The notes beneath the pieces were generated by a model, which was not told where the DNA came from, ran no database searches, and saw only the letters and a program-made list of their open reading frames with translations. Both the position numbers and the translations under genes were made by a program. Shown here piece after piece: positions 1 to 12,300 of a stretch of DNA of 64,000 nucleotides (position 1 is the first letter of the stretch; each line of letters opens with the position of its first letter). The stretch is from Octopus sinensis (lineage: Eukaryota), in the NCBI RefSeq assembly GCF_006345805.1, contig NC_042997.1:84072001-84136000 (forward strand), in the 5' to 3' direction.

Positions 1-737
1 TTTATCTTTATATAATATCACCATGTCATACACATGTGGTTGTGATGCATGAGTCTAGTCTACTCTTATCAGACTGGTAGTCATGATATGTATATTGGGC
101 TTTGTATAATTGTTCCCAAGTGTCACTTTGATGGCATGTGCTGCTCTCTCATTTAATAATAGTAATAATAACAATCCTTTCTTTATTAGCTACAAATGGC
201 TCTAAGTGGTAAAATAAAATACACTACAAATACAAGCAAAGTGGGATAGATGTTATATAAAGGTAAGAGGAAGAATTAAAGATGTTATACAATATATAAG
301 GGGACAAGTTAAAAGTCTATAAAAACACACAAATAATTACACAAAATTATTTAAAAAGTATAAAAGCAATAATTAAAATAAAATTTAAACAAAAAGATAA
401 AACATGAGAAACATTTAGAATTCTCACCAACACATTGCTGAAAAACAACTATGTAGGACAGGTTAGAGCACTCTATATCTCCATTCATCTGCCATCCCAA
501 GGTACCCATTTACATTTTCTAAATAGGTGAGGGGGTAAGAAACAATACATGTGTTCAAGCTCCACCCACTTTAATTTATTGTAATGCATTTTTTTTTTCC
601 ATTCTTCTTATCAACATCCTGTCTAATGAAAGTCTTCTATAGTCCAGAAATCATCGCCTCTCAGAAATCATTGCAAATAAAAATACACCTTGAACAACAA
701 ATGTGTGATTCTGCTATTGTTTCATTTTCATAGGTCA

Positions 738-960
738 TCATCATCATTTAACATCCATTTTCCATCTGGAATGGTTTGGGAAGTTTGATCAGAGCTAGTA
801 TAGTCAGGGGCTGCACCAGGCTTCATTGTCTGTTCTGGCATGGTTTCTATGGCTGGATGCCCTTCCTAATGCCAACCACTCTACAGAGTGCACTGGGTGA
901 TTTTTATGTGGTACCAGCACCAGTACTTTTAACATAGCACCAACAGTGAATGTTAATGCA
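738..960 (-). mobile_element. RTE LINE 3'-end fragment
   Basis: catcatcatcatttaacatccattttccat...ggctggatgcccttcctaatgccaaccac matches the 3' end of the RTE copy at 3549-3720. Confidence 0.75.
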
Positions 961-1254
961 TCACCCTCCTTGTCATCATTATTGTTGTTGTTCTGAAGAG
1001 GATGTGGTTCTTCACCACCTTTTGTTGTTTCCTGCAAATTTCTATTCTTCTTTTTCGGAGGACTTCTTTTGCTTCTTACTGTTCTCCCTTACAGTCTGGA
1101 GCTTTTCCCCCAATTACCATTACCTATTACCCAACCCCCATCACAAGACAACAGAGTATTGGTGCTGTCACTGATTCGTATTTTGGGAACTAAGGTTTGC
1201 TGCTGCTACTGCTGCTGTGCACACATCTGTTCTGTCTCTCCATCACTATCAATG

Positions 1255-1802
1255 CTGTCCAGTGCCTCCTGACTGGCTCCCATGCCGGTAGCACGTAAAA
1301 AGCACCATCCGAACGTGGTTGATGCCAAGTCCATCTGACTTGCTCCCATGCCGGTGGCATGTAAAAAGCACCATCCAAACGTGGCCAATGCCAATACCCT
1401 CTGATTGGCACCTGTGCTAGTGGCATGTAAAAAGCACTATCCAAATGTGGCCAATGCCAATACCCTCTGATTGGCACCTGTGCTAGTGGCATGTAAAAAG
1501 CACTATCCAAACGTGGCCAATGCCAATACCCTCTGATTGGCTCCTGTGCTAGTGGCATGTAAAAAGCACTATCCAAACGTGATTGATGCCAGGCCCACCT
1601 GACTGGCTCCTGTGCTAGTGGCACATAAAAAGTACCCACTACACTTTCAGAGTGTTTGGAGTTAGGAAGGGCATCCAGCTGCAGAAACATTGCCAGATCA
1701 GATTGAAGCCTGGTGCAACCACTGGCTCTCCAGACCTCAATCAAACCAGCAAACCCATGCTAGCATGGAAAAATGGACATTAAACGATGATAATGATGAT
1801 GA
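1255..1802 (+). mobile_element. RTE LINE 3'-UTR fragment with about 5.5 copies of a 66-bp repeat and an (ATG)n tail
   Basis: Units recur at about 1276, 1342, 1408, 1474, 1540 and 1606 (period 66). Ends cccatgctagcatggaaaaatggacattaaacgatgataatgatgat, the reverse-complement counterpart of 3549-3610. Confidence 0.85.
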
Positions 1803-3720
1803 TATATATATATCCTGCTAATTCCTTATAGTCTGCATTTTGTCTATTACATCTGTAAAAATGAAACATGTTAAGTTTCGGACAGATATAACAACACTCT
1901 TCAAGAGTTCAAAATAGGTTACGAAGAAAATTTGGAGCATGCTTGACACCAGGAAATATGGTAGTTCTGTTCTCACAGGTCTGACCTGGAGCTAAGCAAT
2001 GAATAATAACAACAACAACTTTCTTCCCTATTTCACAAACTATTTTCTCTTTCTGAGCAGTTAAACCTGAATGAAATTTCAAAAAATTTTCTACTTTTTA
2101 TTATTGCATTATTATTTTATTATTTTTTTGAAACCCCTTTTATACACACTTATCTAACAATTGAAAAATAGGAGAAAGAAAGGTTAGCTGTTTTTTTCTC
2201 CCCACTTTTATATGTACCTTCTTTGTTTGTCTTTCAAACATGTTTAACTTGTAAGCAAGCAGCCACCACTTATAAAAAAATAAAATAAAATAAGCAAAAA
2301 CAAACAGATAATGAATGAATGAATAGAGGACTAAAAGCATTCTACTTTCTTGTTTCTTTAAACCTTTTTATCTTGCTCGGTTGTTGTTGTTGTTATTATT
2401 ATTATCATTATATTATTATTATCATTATTGTTTCTTTTGTTTTTTTTTTCTCACCTTCTTACTCCTGACTGGTATGATGTGATAATGGGAAGTTAGAGGA
2501 GAAAGAAAAGGAAAAAAGTAGCATCTTGCTGCAAAGTATTGTTGTTCACTTTTGAAACAGGTGGGTGGATTAATGCCACCCACCAGCCCTGGTCTTAAGT
2601 GATTGATGACTTCCAACAAAAAGAGATTAACCTCAGCAGTCATTGTAACAAAGAAACACAGAAACAAAGAGCTTGGAAAGAGCTGAGACATGTCTCAGAA
2701 GAACAATTCCATAAAGAATATCCACCATAAGCACAAATACACACACATTCCTTCCCAAAGTTAATGAGGAAACTTCAATGTGGTTATTCAGTTTGTTAGA
2801 AATAGCAACCATATCACTCTCAAATCACATATGACTGTCTTAAATAAAGAATTTATTAGACAAACTTGTCCTTAATAGCAAAAAAAAAGGAAAACATTGG
2901 ATGATCATGGATCATATACAGTATTTCTTTTAAATCTTTAAATTCTGTGTTCAAATTCTGCCACAGCCATCTTTGCTTTGATCATTCTGAGATTGATAAA
3001 AATCATGTTTGTCTCTTGGAGTGACTAATTACTTGTCTTTATTTAGAGTGAAGAGTTGTGGACAATCGACCATGCTCTTTTTCATCTGTAACCATCATCA
3101 ATCTAGTTGCAAGACCAGATCAAAACAACTGGAGATGTAGATGACTGCAGTGGATGACCAAGGTGTCCTACTTGCCTCATCTGACTCTCAACCTGTCTAC
3201 ACACCACAATGCACAGCTGTGGCTGCCCTCCCCTCTGTTGCTTCTGCAAAGTCTGCCAGATCCAGTCTTCAAATGCATAGGCGTGCTACTACACCAGATC
3301 AGGGTGGTTCCAGACTTCTCAAAATCCAGGAACTTCTAAACTAGGGCTCTACTATTGGATGCAGTTTAAAGTCATACCCAGGACCCAACTGATGAAATAA
3401 AAAAAAAAAAATGAAGCCCCATTCAAGTACCAGGATTGATTTAACTACTAGCCCCTCTCCATAAAATTTTTAACCTTGTGTCTATATAAGAAATTCTTAT
3501 AAATGTGGTGGATTGGTAAAATCCTTTGATCAACAGAAATATCTCTCTCATCATCATCATCATCATCGTTTAACGTCCGCTTTCCATGCTAGCATGGGTT
3601 GGACGGTTCAACTGGGGTCTGGGAAGCCCGAAGGCTGCACCAGGCCAGTCAGATGTGGCAGTGTTTCTACAGCTGGATGCCCTTCCTAACGCCAACCACT
3701 CCGAGAGTGTAGTGGGTGAT

Positions 3721-4050
3721 TTTATGTGCCACCGACACAGGTGCCAGACGAGGCTGGCAGACGGCCACGCTCGGATGGTGTTTTTTATGTGCCACCGACA
3801 CAGGTGCCAGACGAGGCTGGCAGACGGCCACGCTCGGATGGTGTTTTTTATGTGCCACCGACACAGGTGCCAGACGAGGCTGGCAGACGGCCACGCTCGG
3901 ATGGTGTTTTTTATGTGCCACCGACACAGGTGCCAGACGAGGCTGGCAGACGGCCACGCTCGGATGGTGTTTGTTACGTGCCCTCAGCACGGAGGCCAGT
4001 CATTGCGGTACTGGCTACGGTCACGTTCGGATGGTTTTCTTATGTGCCAC
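3721..4050. repeat. 63-bp tandem array inside the RTE 3' UTR (four near-identical units plus one degenerate unit)
   Basis: Unit tttatgtgccaccgacacaggtgccagacgaggctggcagacggccacgctcggatggtgttt at 3721, 3784, 3847 and 3910. It produces the 21-aa periodic ORFs in the track. Confidence 0.95.
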
Positions 4051-4227
4051 CGGCACTGGTACCACAAGGATACAAATTCCATTGATGTTCATCTATTTCG
4101 ATTTGATTTGATACGATTCGATTCTATTCTCACTTGCCTCAACAGGTCTTCACAAGTGTCACAAGAAGGAAGGTATGCACAGGTGGACTGACTACGTCCC
4201 AGGTAGGGGCCACGGATTATGGCTTCA

Positions 4228-5895
4228 CTAGTCTTGCCGGGTCTTCTCACGCACAGCATACTTCCATAGGTCTCGGTCTCTAGTCATTTCCATGGTGAGA
4301 CCTAACGTCCGAAGGTCGTGCTTCACCACCTCGTCCCAGGTTTTCCTGGGTCTACCTCTTCCACGGGTTCCCTCAACTGCTAGGGATTGGCACTTCTCAC
4401 ACACCTCTCTTCATCCATTCTCGCCACATGACCATACCAGCGCAATCGTCTCTCTTGCACACAACAACTGATGCTTCTTAGGTACACATTTCTCTCAAGG
4501 TACTAACGCTCTGTCGAGTAAGTACACTGACATTACACATCCATCGGAGCATACTGGCTTCGTTCCTCACGAGCTTACGCATGTCCTCAGCAGTCACGGC
4601 CCATGTTTCACTGCCATGTAGCATAGCTGTTCGTACACATGCATCATACAGTCTGCCTTTTACTCTGAGCGAGAGGCCTTTAGTCACCAGCAGAGGTAAG
4701 AGCTCCCTAAACTTTGCCCAGGCTATTCTTATTCTAGCAGTTACACTTTCAGCGCACCCACCCCCACTACTGACTTGGTCACCTAGATAGCGGAAACTAT
4801 CAACTACTTCTAGTTTTTCCCCCCGGAAAGTGACAGAAGTTGTTTTCTGCAGATTTTCGGAGGTCAGTGCTCCAGAGCACCTGCCACATACAAAAACTAT
4901 CTTCCCAGTTAGCCTACCTTTGACATTGCTGCACCTCTTATGTGTCCATAGCTTACACTGGGTACATCTTATAGAGTTTCTACCTACACCTTTTCTACAG
5001 ATCGAGCAGGGCCATCTTCCTGATGATATTTGTGGGTTTTCTACCTTTCTACTTATTAGTACTTTGGTTTTAGCTAGGTTGACTCTAAGGCCCCTCGATT
5101 CTAAACCCTCCTTCCACACCTGGAACTTCTCCTCCAGTTCTGATAGTGACTCAGCGATTAGAGCGAGGTCGTCAGCATAGAGGAGCTCCCAGGGGCAACC
5201 GGTCTTGAATTCCTCCGTTATTGCCTGGAGGACTATGATAAATAGGAGGGGGCTGAGTACTGAACCCTGGTGGACCCCAACCTCTACTTTGAATTCTTCT
5301 GTGTACATGTTGCCAACTCTAACCTTACTTACGGCATCTCTGTACATGGCTTGCACAGCCCTCACCAGCCATTCATCTATCCCTAGTTTCCTCATTGACC
5401 ACCAGATGAGGGATCGGGGGACCCTATCAAAGGCTTTCTCCATGTCAACAAAAGCCAGGTACAGGGGCTTATCCTTGGCTAGGTATTTCTCCTGCAGCTG
5501 CCTTACCAGGAATATAGCATCAGTGGTGCTTTTCCCTGGGACAAACCCAAACTGCATCTCATCTAAACTAACTCTCTCTCTAATTAGTTGGGCTAAGACC
5601 CTCTCCGTAACCTTCATTACCTGATCCAACAGCTTGATACCTCTGTAATTATTTGTATCCAGGGCATCACCTTTACCTTTGTAGCAGTTGACTAGTATGC
5701 TGCTACACCAGTCATTGGGTATGACTCCTTCGTGTATCACCTGGTTGACTATACGGGTGACTAGGTTATAGCCAACACTGCCAGATATTTTGAGCATCTC
5801 TGCAGTAATTCCTGATGGGCCTGGGGCTTTCCCTGTCTTCATGCTTCTAACTGCCTTAGCTACTACGGAACTATCAACTCGGATAGCTGGTCTCT
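4228..5895 (-). pseudogene. RTE reverse transcriptase, about 470 uninterrupted codons followed by two apparent 1-bp deletions (near 4480 and 4395)
   Basis: The reading frame shifts at atgtgtacctaaga and at gtgagaagtgccaatccctag; RTE-like sequence resumes in the neighbouring frame each time. Confidence 0.85.
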
Positions 5896-6439
5896 GTCTA
5901 TATATATGTGTGTCTCCCACCAATGCTCGACAACTAGTGTTGGTTTGTTTACATTAGTATAACATAGTGGTTTAGGAAAAGAGAATGATAGAATAATCAT
6001 CAGGTTTAAGAAAATTACTGGGGTCGATTGGTTCAGCTAAAAAAACTCTTCAAGGTGGTGCTCTAGCATGGCCACAGTCTGACTGAAACAAGTAAAAGAT
6101 AAAAGAGACTGTTTTGACTTTTGAGCCAAGAAGGGATTCTTGACCTGTTACTATAGTAACCAAATCTCCCTCAAATCTTATTCTGTTGTCTTTAAGAAAA
6201 GAATGGGAAAAGAACAAGACACTGACTGGATAATGTACCTCTAGATCAGGCATAGGTAACTTTTTCCAAGAAGTAAGCAGCATGAGACGTGGCTTGTCAA
6301 CAGCTAAAAAGACATTCAAGATAATTTTTTGCCATTCAGTAACTCCTGCAAGCTGCAGTTCGCTTGTGATAGTTCCAGATACACGGTCATTGAAAAGAAG
6401 AAAAAAAAGGGTGGAGTGGGGGGCAAACAGGCACAAATG

Positions 6440-6830
6440 TGGCTATGTGGTAAGAACCTTGCTTCCCAACCACATGGTCCTGTGTTCAGTCTCATTGTGT
6501 GGCACCTTGGGCAAGTGTCTTCTACCATAGCCTCAGCCTCACTAAAGCCTTGTGAGTAGATTTGGTAGACAGAAACTGAAAGAAGCTCATTGTATACATA
6601 TGTATATATCTATGTGTGTGTGTGTCTTTATGTCTGAGTCCCTCCCCACTAATTGACAACCGTTGTTGGTGTGTTTACATCCCGTAACTTAGCAGTTCAG
6701 CAAAAGACACCAATAGGATAAGTATCAGGCTTGAAAGAAGGAAAAAGTCCTGGGGTTGATTTTTTTCAACTAAAACCCTTCAAGGTGATGCCCCAGCATG
6801 ACCATAGTAAAATGACTGCAACAAGTAAAA
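6440..6830 (+). mobile_element. tRNA-head SINE, family 1 (gtggctgtgtggtaagaag...ccagcatgg...gaaacaagtaaaag)
   Basis: A-box/B-box-like head (tggctatgtggtaag; gtgttcagtctc), internal (TG)n and a conserved tail. Related copies at about 8305-8690(-), 10490-10930(-), 13290-13600(+), 14470-14855(-), 34310-34640(+), 34900-35290(-) and 44445-44590(+). Confidence 0.8.
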
Positions 6831-7435
6831 GCTGTGGTTAGAACACCTTTGATTGGTAATCTAACTCTTTAGCACTTAAACCAGCCATGTCCAACCCAAA
6901 TGTTCCATCTGCTTTAAGTTGAAAATGGCCAGATCCAACCTCTCACACCCAATCTGCAATGTCATTCTCAAAATAAACAATCACATCTCCAAAATCTGGA
7001 AGCTACAAGATTAACTTTATAATTAACTTTACAAAATGTGAATAAATAAGCATTACATCTGGCAGAATAGCCTGAATGCTAAAGGGCTAGTTCACTAGAA
7101 ATAGCAACCAAATTTCTTAATTGTCCACGCCAAGACCACGTTTAAAAACAAATATGAAAGGACACACCAACTTATATAACTTTATATTAACTACATCTGA
7201 AAATTGAAAGGCAGGATGGTCATGCCTGGAACACATCTGATAATAGATCTTCTCAATCATGAATGACTAGGGTATTCAGGTGGAAAAGGAATGAGGGAGG
7301 AGCTAAACAACTACAGGTTTTGACTTTGTTGTTACACTTTCCATTTTGATTTTAATTATTTTTGCCCTTGTCATCCTAAGTTTATTAACACAAGAAGAGT
7401 AACAACACAGACATAAGCTTTTTTAACCTACATAC

Positions 7436-7475
<40 letters not shown>

Positions 7476-7504
7476 ACACACACACACATATGTGTGTATA
7501 TATA

Positions 7505-7536
<32 letters not shown>

Positions 7537-7541
<5 letters not shown>

Positions 7542-7868
7542 ATAGTAAGAAGTGAAAAAACTACAGAAGGCTTGTTTTAAAAGGTTAAAAAATATATATT
7601 TGAGTCAATTTGTCTGAAGAATATTATAAATTCTTTTCTTACAATAACATAGTTTAGAAGAAATGACCGGTTTCGCGTTTAGCTTTTCAAATTTCTTAAA
7701 ACGTTATGTTTATGTTGAGAAGAGTTCTAAATAAGAGGAGGTAATAAGTGATTTATTCCGGTGTAAGAAAAAAATTTATAATATTCTTCAGACATATTGA
7801 CACAAATATATATTTTTTAACCTTTTAAAACAAGCCTTCTGTGGTTTTTTCACTTCTTACTATTTTCT
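7537..7868. mobile_element. MITE-like foldback element with about 107-bp inverted arms, adjacent to a (TA)n tract
   Basis: 7537-7643 (agaaaatagtaagaagtg...ttttcttaca) is the near-perfect reverse complement of 7762-7868, with a spacer of about 118 bp. Confidence 0.8.
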
Positions 7869-8068
7869 ATATATTCAACCACGTGCTTTCACAAACCAAC
7901 TTTCTCATCTATATATATATATATATATATACATACATACACACACACATATCATCATCATCAACATTTAATGTCTGTTTTCTCCCTGCAAGTATAGATT
8001 GGATGGTTCTTCAGGAATTGGCAAGCTGGAGAGAGCTACACTGGGCTCTATTTGTCTGTCTTATCATG

Positions 8069-8069
<1 letters not shown>

Positions 8070-8143
<74 letters not shown>

Positions 8144-8295
8144 AATATATATACGTATATATATATATATATATATACTTACACACACACACATCCATAT
8201 ATATATATATATATATATACATACACACATACACACATATACATATATATATGTACACACATACACACACACACACACACACATATAAACACACA
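8070..8295. repeat. (TA)n/(CA)n compound microsatellite; similar tracts at 7440-7536, 16660-17060, 26670-26770 and 37810-38210
   Basis: Directly visible dinucleotide repeats; these generate the IYIY and HTHT ORFs. Confidence 0.95.
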
Positions 8296-9469
8296 TATTC
8301 TCTTATTTGTTTCAGTCATTTGACTGTGGCCATGCTGGATCACTGCCTTAAAGGGTTATAGTCAAAGAAATCACCCCCAGGACTTATTCTTTGCAAGCCT
8401 AGTACTTACTGTATCAGTCTCTTTTGCCGAACTGTTAAGTAACACACCAACATCAGCTGTCAAGTGATTGCGGGGGTGACAAACACAGACATACACACAC
8501 ACAGATATATACACACATATATACACAACAGGCTTTTTTCAGTCTCAGCCTACCAAATCCACTCAGAAAGCTTGGTCAGCCTGAGGCTTTAGTAGAAGAC
8601 ACTTGCCCAAATTGCCATGCAGTGGGACTGAACCCAGAATCAAGTGGTTAGGAAGCAAGCTTATTACCACACAGCCATGCCTGTGCCTAACAGGTATGTA
8701 TATTGTTTGTGTCAAAGCATCTGTTCGACTATATGTGTTCTTTAGTGTATGTATGTGTACATGTTTGTGTTAGTTAGCATGTGTGTGTTTGTGCTTGTTG
8801 CCTTGTATGCTTGTGTCAAAGCATATGTTTGTGTGTATACGTGTGTTTGTTTGTATGTATGCATTTGTGTCAAAGCATCTGTTAGTTTGTATGCGTCTGT
8901 GTGTATTCTTTAGTGTGCATGTGTATTTGTCTGTGTTTGTTAGTATGTGTGTGTTTGTGCTGTTTGTATATAAATGTTTGTGTCAAAGCCGCTGTTTATC
9001 TGTGTGTATGTGTGTGCATATGTATTTGTATATATATATGTGTCAAAGCAAGCATTTGTGTCATTATGTCTCTGCATGTGAATATATTAGTGAGTATGTA
9101 GTCAGTGTTTGTATCCATTTTACAAGATGGAATGTATGTATGTGTGTATCTTCAAATATACATGTATGTATTTGGATGTATGTGTGAGTTTGAATATGTA
9201 TACATTAAAGGGTTTAAGTCAGAGAGCATGTGTTAGTGTGAATCAGTTTTTGTTTATGTTAGTCAGTGTTTGTGTTAGTGCACATGTGTTAATGCATTAA
9301 TGTTAATGTATTTGCATTAGAACGTATGTTAATGTATTGTGTTAGTGTGTCCACATGTTAGTGTAATTACATATTTGTTTGTTTGCCTATTTGTAATTTT
9401 GAATAATAGTGTTTGTATTATATATGTGCATGTGTGTATGTATATATAGATACACACACACACACACAT

Positions 9470-10460
9470 AGCTTGCACCCAGTGGAAACTATTGACACAC
9501 AAGAGGTACAGTGAAATTGTAGGAAGGTTAACAGAGAAAGTAGCGTTTGTGTGTGGAAGATGTACCGGAGCCATAAAGACAACAGATGTATGGGAAACTG
9601 ATTTTCTCAAGTGTCCCAAAGGCTCTCAGGAAGTAGTAGATAATTTCTGCTACCTAGGTGACCCAATTAGCAGTGGAGGAGGATACACTGAAAGTGTAAT
9701 TGCTAGAATAAGAATAGGATGGAAATATTTCAGAGAGCTCTTACCTCTGTTGGCAACCAAAAGTCTCTCACTGATTGTATGATGTAGGTGTACAAACTGC
9801 CATGCTACATGGTAATGAGACATAGGCCTTGAATGTAGAGGACATGCAAAGACTAGAGAGGAATGAAGCTGGTATGTTCCACTAGATGTGCAATGTCAGT
9901 GTACATGTGCAACAGATCACTAGTGTATTGAGGGAAAAGTTAGGCATATGAGGAATTAGACGCAGTGTGCAAGAGAGAAGACTGTGCTGATTTGGTCACG
10001 TGATGCAGATGGATGAAGACAACTGCATAAAGAGTTGCTGATCACTCAAAGTAAAGACAAGTTGTGGAAGAGGGAGACCCTGGAAGACATGAGACCAAGT
10101 ATTGAAGGCTGATCTTAAAAGGCCGGGCTTTACAAAGGAGATAACAAAGGACTGAAATATGTGGCACATTGCTGTACACAAGAAGACCCACCTGTCACAA
10201 CAGAACTGATAAGCAAAAACCACGATGTCATGTAAAAGGCACTGGTGTTGGTGTCACATAAAAAGCACTGGTGTTGGTGCCATGTAAAAAGCATCCAGTG
10301 CACTTTGTAAAGTGGTTGGTGTTAAGAAGAGCATCTAGCTGTAGAACCCAAGACAATAACAGATTATGGAATGTGGTGTGGATCCTGGTTTTGTTAGCTT
10401 CTCTCAACCTGTCCAATCCATGCCAGCATGGAAAATGGAAGTTAAATGATAATGATGATG
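9470..10460 (+). mobile_element. Degenerate RTE LINE 3' portion
   Basis: ORF 9492-9782 (FVCGRCTGAI, VVDNFCYLGD, ARIRIGWKYFRELLPLL) parallels the C-terminal half of the 4478-5923 ORF. It is followed by a GRPWKT motif, the 3' UTR and an (ATG)n tail. Confidence 0.9.
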
Positions 10461-11779
10461 CTGCTGCTTATGATATAGAAGCATGTTATCTCTTATATTC
10501 TATCTTTTATTTGTTTCAATTATTAGATTGCAGCCAAGCTGGCACTCTATCAGGAATTTTAGTGGAACTAGTTGACCCCAGCACTCATTTTCTTTTTTAG
10601 CTTGGTACCTATTCTATTGGTCTCTTTTTGCCATACTGATAGGTTACATGGATGCAAACACACCAACACTGGTTATCAAGCAGTGGTGGGTGACAAACAA
10701 AGAACGAAAACACAGAGACACGTATGTGTGTGTGTGTGTGTGTGTGTTTGAGTGTATGTGTGTGCGCATGCATGTGTGTGTGTGTATGTGTGTGCGTGAA
10801 ATGCTTCTTTCAGTTTCCATTGGTCAGCCTGGAGCTATAGTAAAAAACACTTGAAGGTATCATGTAGTGGGACTGAACATGGAACCATGTGGTTGGGAAG
10901 CAAATTTCTTACCACACAGTCATGCCTGCACCTATGTATGTATATATATATATATATACACACACTCCGTAAAAAACCATGTAATTTGTGCACCTGTGTA
11001 ATTTATGCAGGTGATTTTCAGGATAAAAATCATTAAAAAATGTTACAACTCGTAAAATTCACACCCAAAAGTTTTCAAAATTGTCGATATGGCCAGGGGA
11101 AAAAGGTTTTTAATTTAGTCATATTTAGCATAATTTCACTTATGATTAAATTTTATTAAATTTTCATTAAAAATAAATAATTTCTGTTTAACAGGTATCA
11201 CATTAAAAGATATTAAATTACAAACTGTTTGTGTTATTTATAATAAACTTTATTTTACACTTCCTGCCCACAAAAGATTATGTCCAGTCTTTAGCGTACT
11301 GCTGTATGTCTTCTCAAATCACAATCACAGAAAAAGTTGTTGATAAGAATTATTAACAAAAACAAAGCTGATAAATATGCATAGGTGTTGCAAACTAAGT
11401 TTAATTATGAATAAACATCAGTTTGAATGATACTTTACTCAACCAAGTAAAATATGTAAAATATGGCCTGGACCGTGATTACCAGTCAACTTCAAACTTC
11501 AAAAAGTAGTTAACCATTTAATGGTTTTAGTAAATTTATACAGAAAAAGTAAGCATTATACTGTACAGCATAAATAAAAGTCAACTTCATTATATCTAAG
11601 CCATAGTTTTTCCTGTAAAAACTTATTCTGACATTAAATGAATCAACTTCCAGTATGAATGTTTATGTCTTTTTTCAACAAAAAAATTTCTAAACAAATT
11701 CTGAAAACAGTCTATGAGTGTTATTTACGCATGCCTAAAGTTTATTTTTATTTTTGTCAAAAAAAGGCATTTTACACAC

Positions 11780-12300
11780 ACATAAAATCATTAAAGACCA
11801 CAAAAACCAAAGTCACTAAAAAAGATCCTTACAAAAGCAAAATTATTCTCTAAAATATGGGACACAAAAGTGAAAAAATGTGGTCGACCAAACTATACAA
11901 CATGCTCAAACCTTCTAGAAGGATCAGAATTCCTTTTTAAAGAGGGACAAAAATTTAAAATCAAATGTGACTTTACTTGTGCCTTGCAAAACCTGATTTA
12001 TGTTATAAGATGCTTGGGTTGCCACCAAAACTACACAGGATCCATAGGATTACCGCACAGAGGCAGATGCACTCTGCACCAACAGCAGATTGCACTCCCA
12101 GAATATAGAATGATACCCTTTAGTGAACACATTGACAGATGTGCAAAACAACTGCTACCACAATTTGTAATCTTCCCAGTTTATCAATGTGCTATTGGAA
12201 CACCAACACAAATTAAATTAAATAAGGAAACCTACTTCATTGAAAAATATAAACCAAAGCTTAACCATTTCTAATATCTTATTCTATCTAAGCCAAATGT
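11780..12300 (+). mobile_element. Penelope-like element, GIY-YIG endonuclease remnant
   Basis: ORF 11870-12274 reads KKCGRPNYTTC...NLIYVIRCLGCHQNYTG...RCTLH...KETYFIEKYKPKLN, the Cys-rich linker plus GIY-YIG pattern of Penelope-like endonucleases. Confidence 0.8.

Larger units (their letters stand above)
3549..5895 (-). mobile_element. 5'-truncated RTE-clade non-LTR retrotransposon with 3' UTR and (ATG)n tail
   Basis: ORF 4478-5923 carries RT motifs YRGIKLL, QFGF, FVDMEKAFDRV, GVHQGSVLSPLLF and YADD. The C-terminus (RWYGHVARM, GRGRPRKTWDEVV) continues after frameshifts to a TAG at 4228-4230. The 3' UTR ends in catcat repeats at 3549. No endonuclease domain is present. Confidence 0.95.

Noticed and set aside
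1868-1912. Minus-strand TTGAAGA...GAAACTTAACA as a hammerhead; a similar collapsed motif near 47585-47612
   Set aside because: Too many core substitutions or deletions, and no NUH cleavage triplet.
2219-2300. Possible TMEM135 exon 3 (LLAYKLNMFERQTKK); similar near-misses near 15590 (IERKS) and 39250 (QIYGPFHL, for exon 1)
   Set aside because: Wrong phase or no usable splice sites, and similarity limited to a few residues.
2551-2730. Plus-strand protein-like stretch GWINATHQPWS*VIDDFQQ...RAWKELRH
   Set aside because: It has an internal stop and no donor, and is more likely a decayed LINE fragment.
3716-4111. 63-bp array as a CRISPR array or as a repeat protein (21-aa periodic ORFs in several frames)
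   Set aside because: Units are contiguous with no unique spacers, there are no cas genes, and the context is eukaryotic. The array lies in an RTE 3' UTR and stays open only because 63 is divisible by 3.
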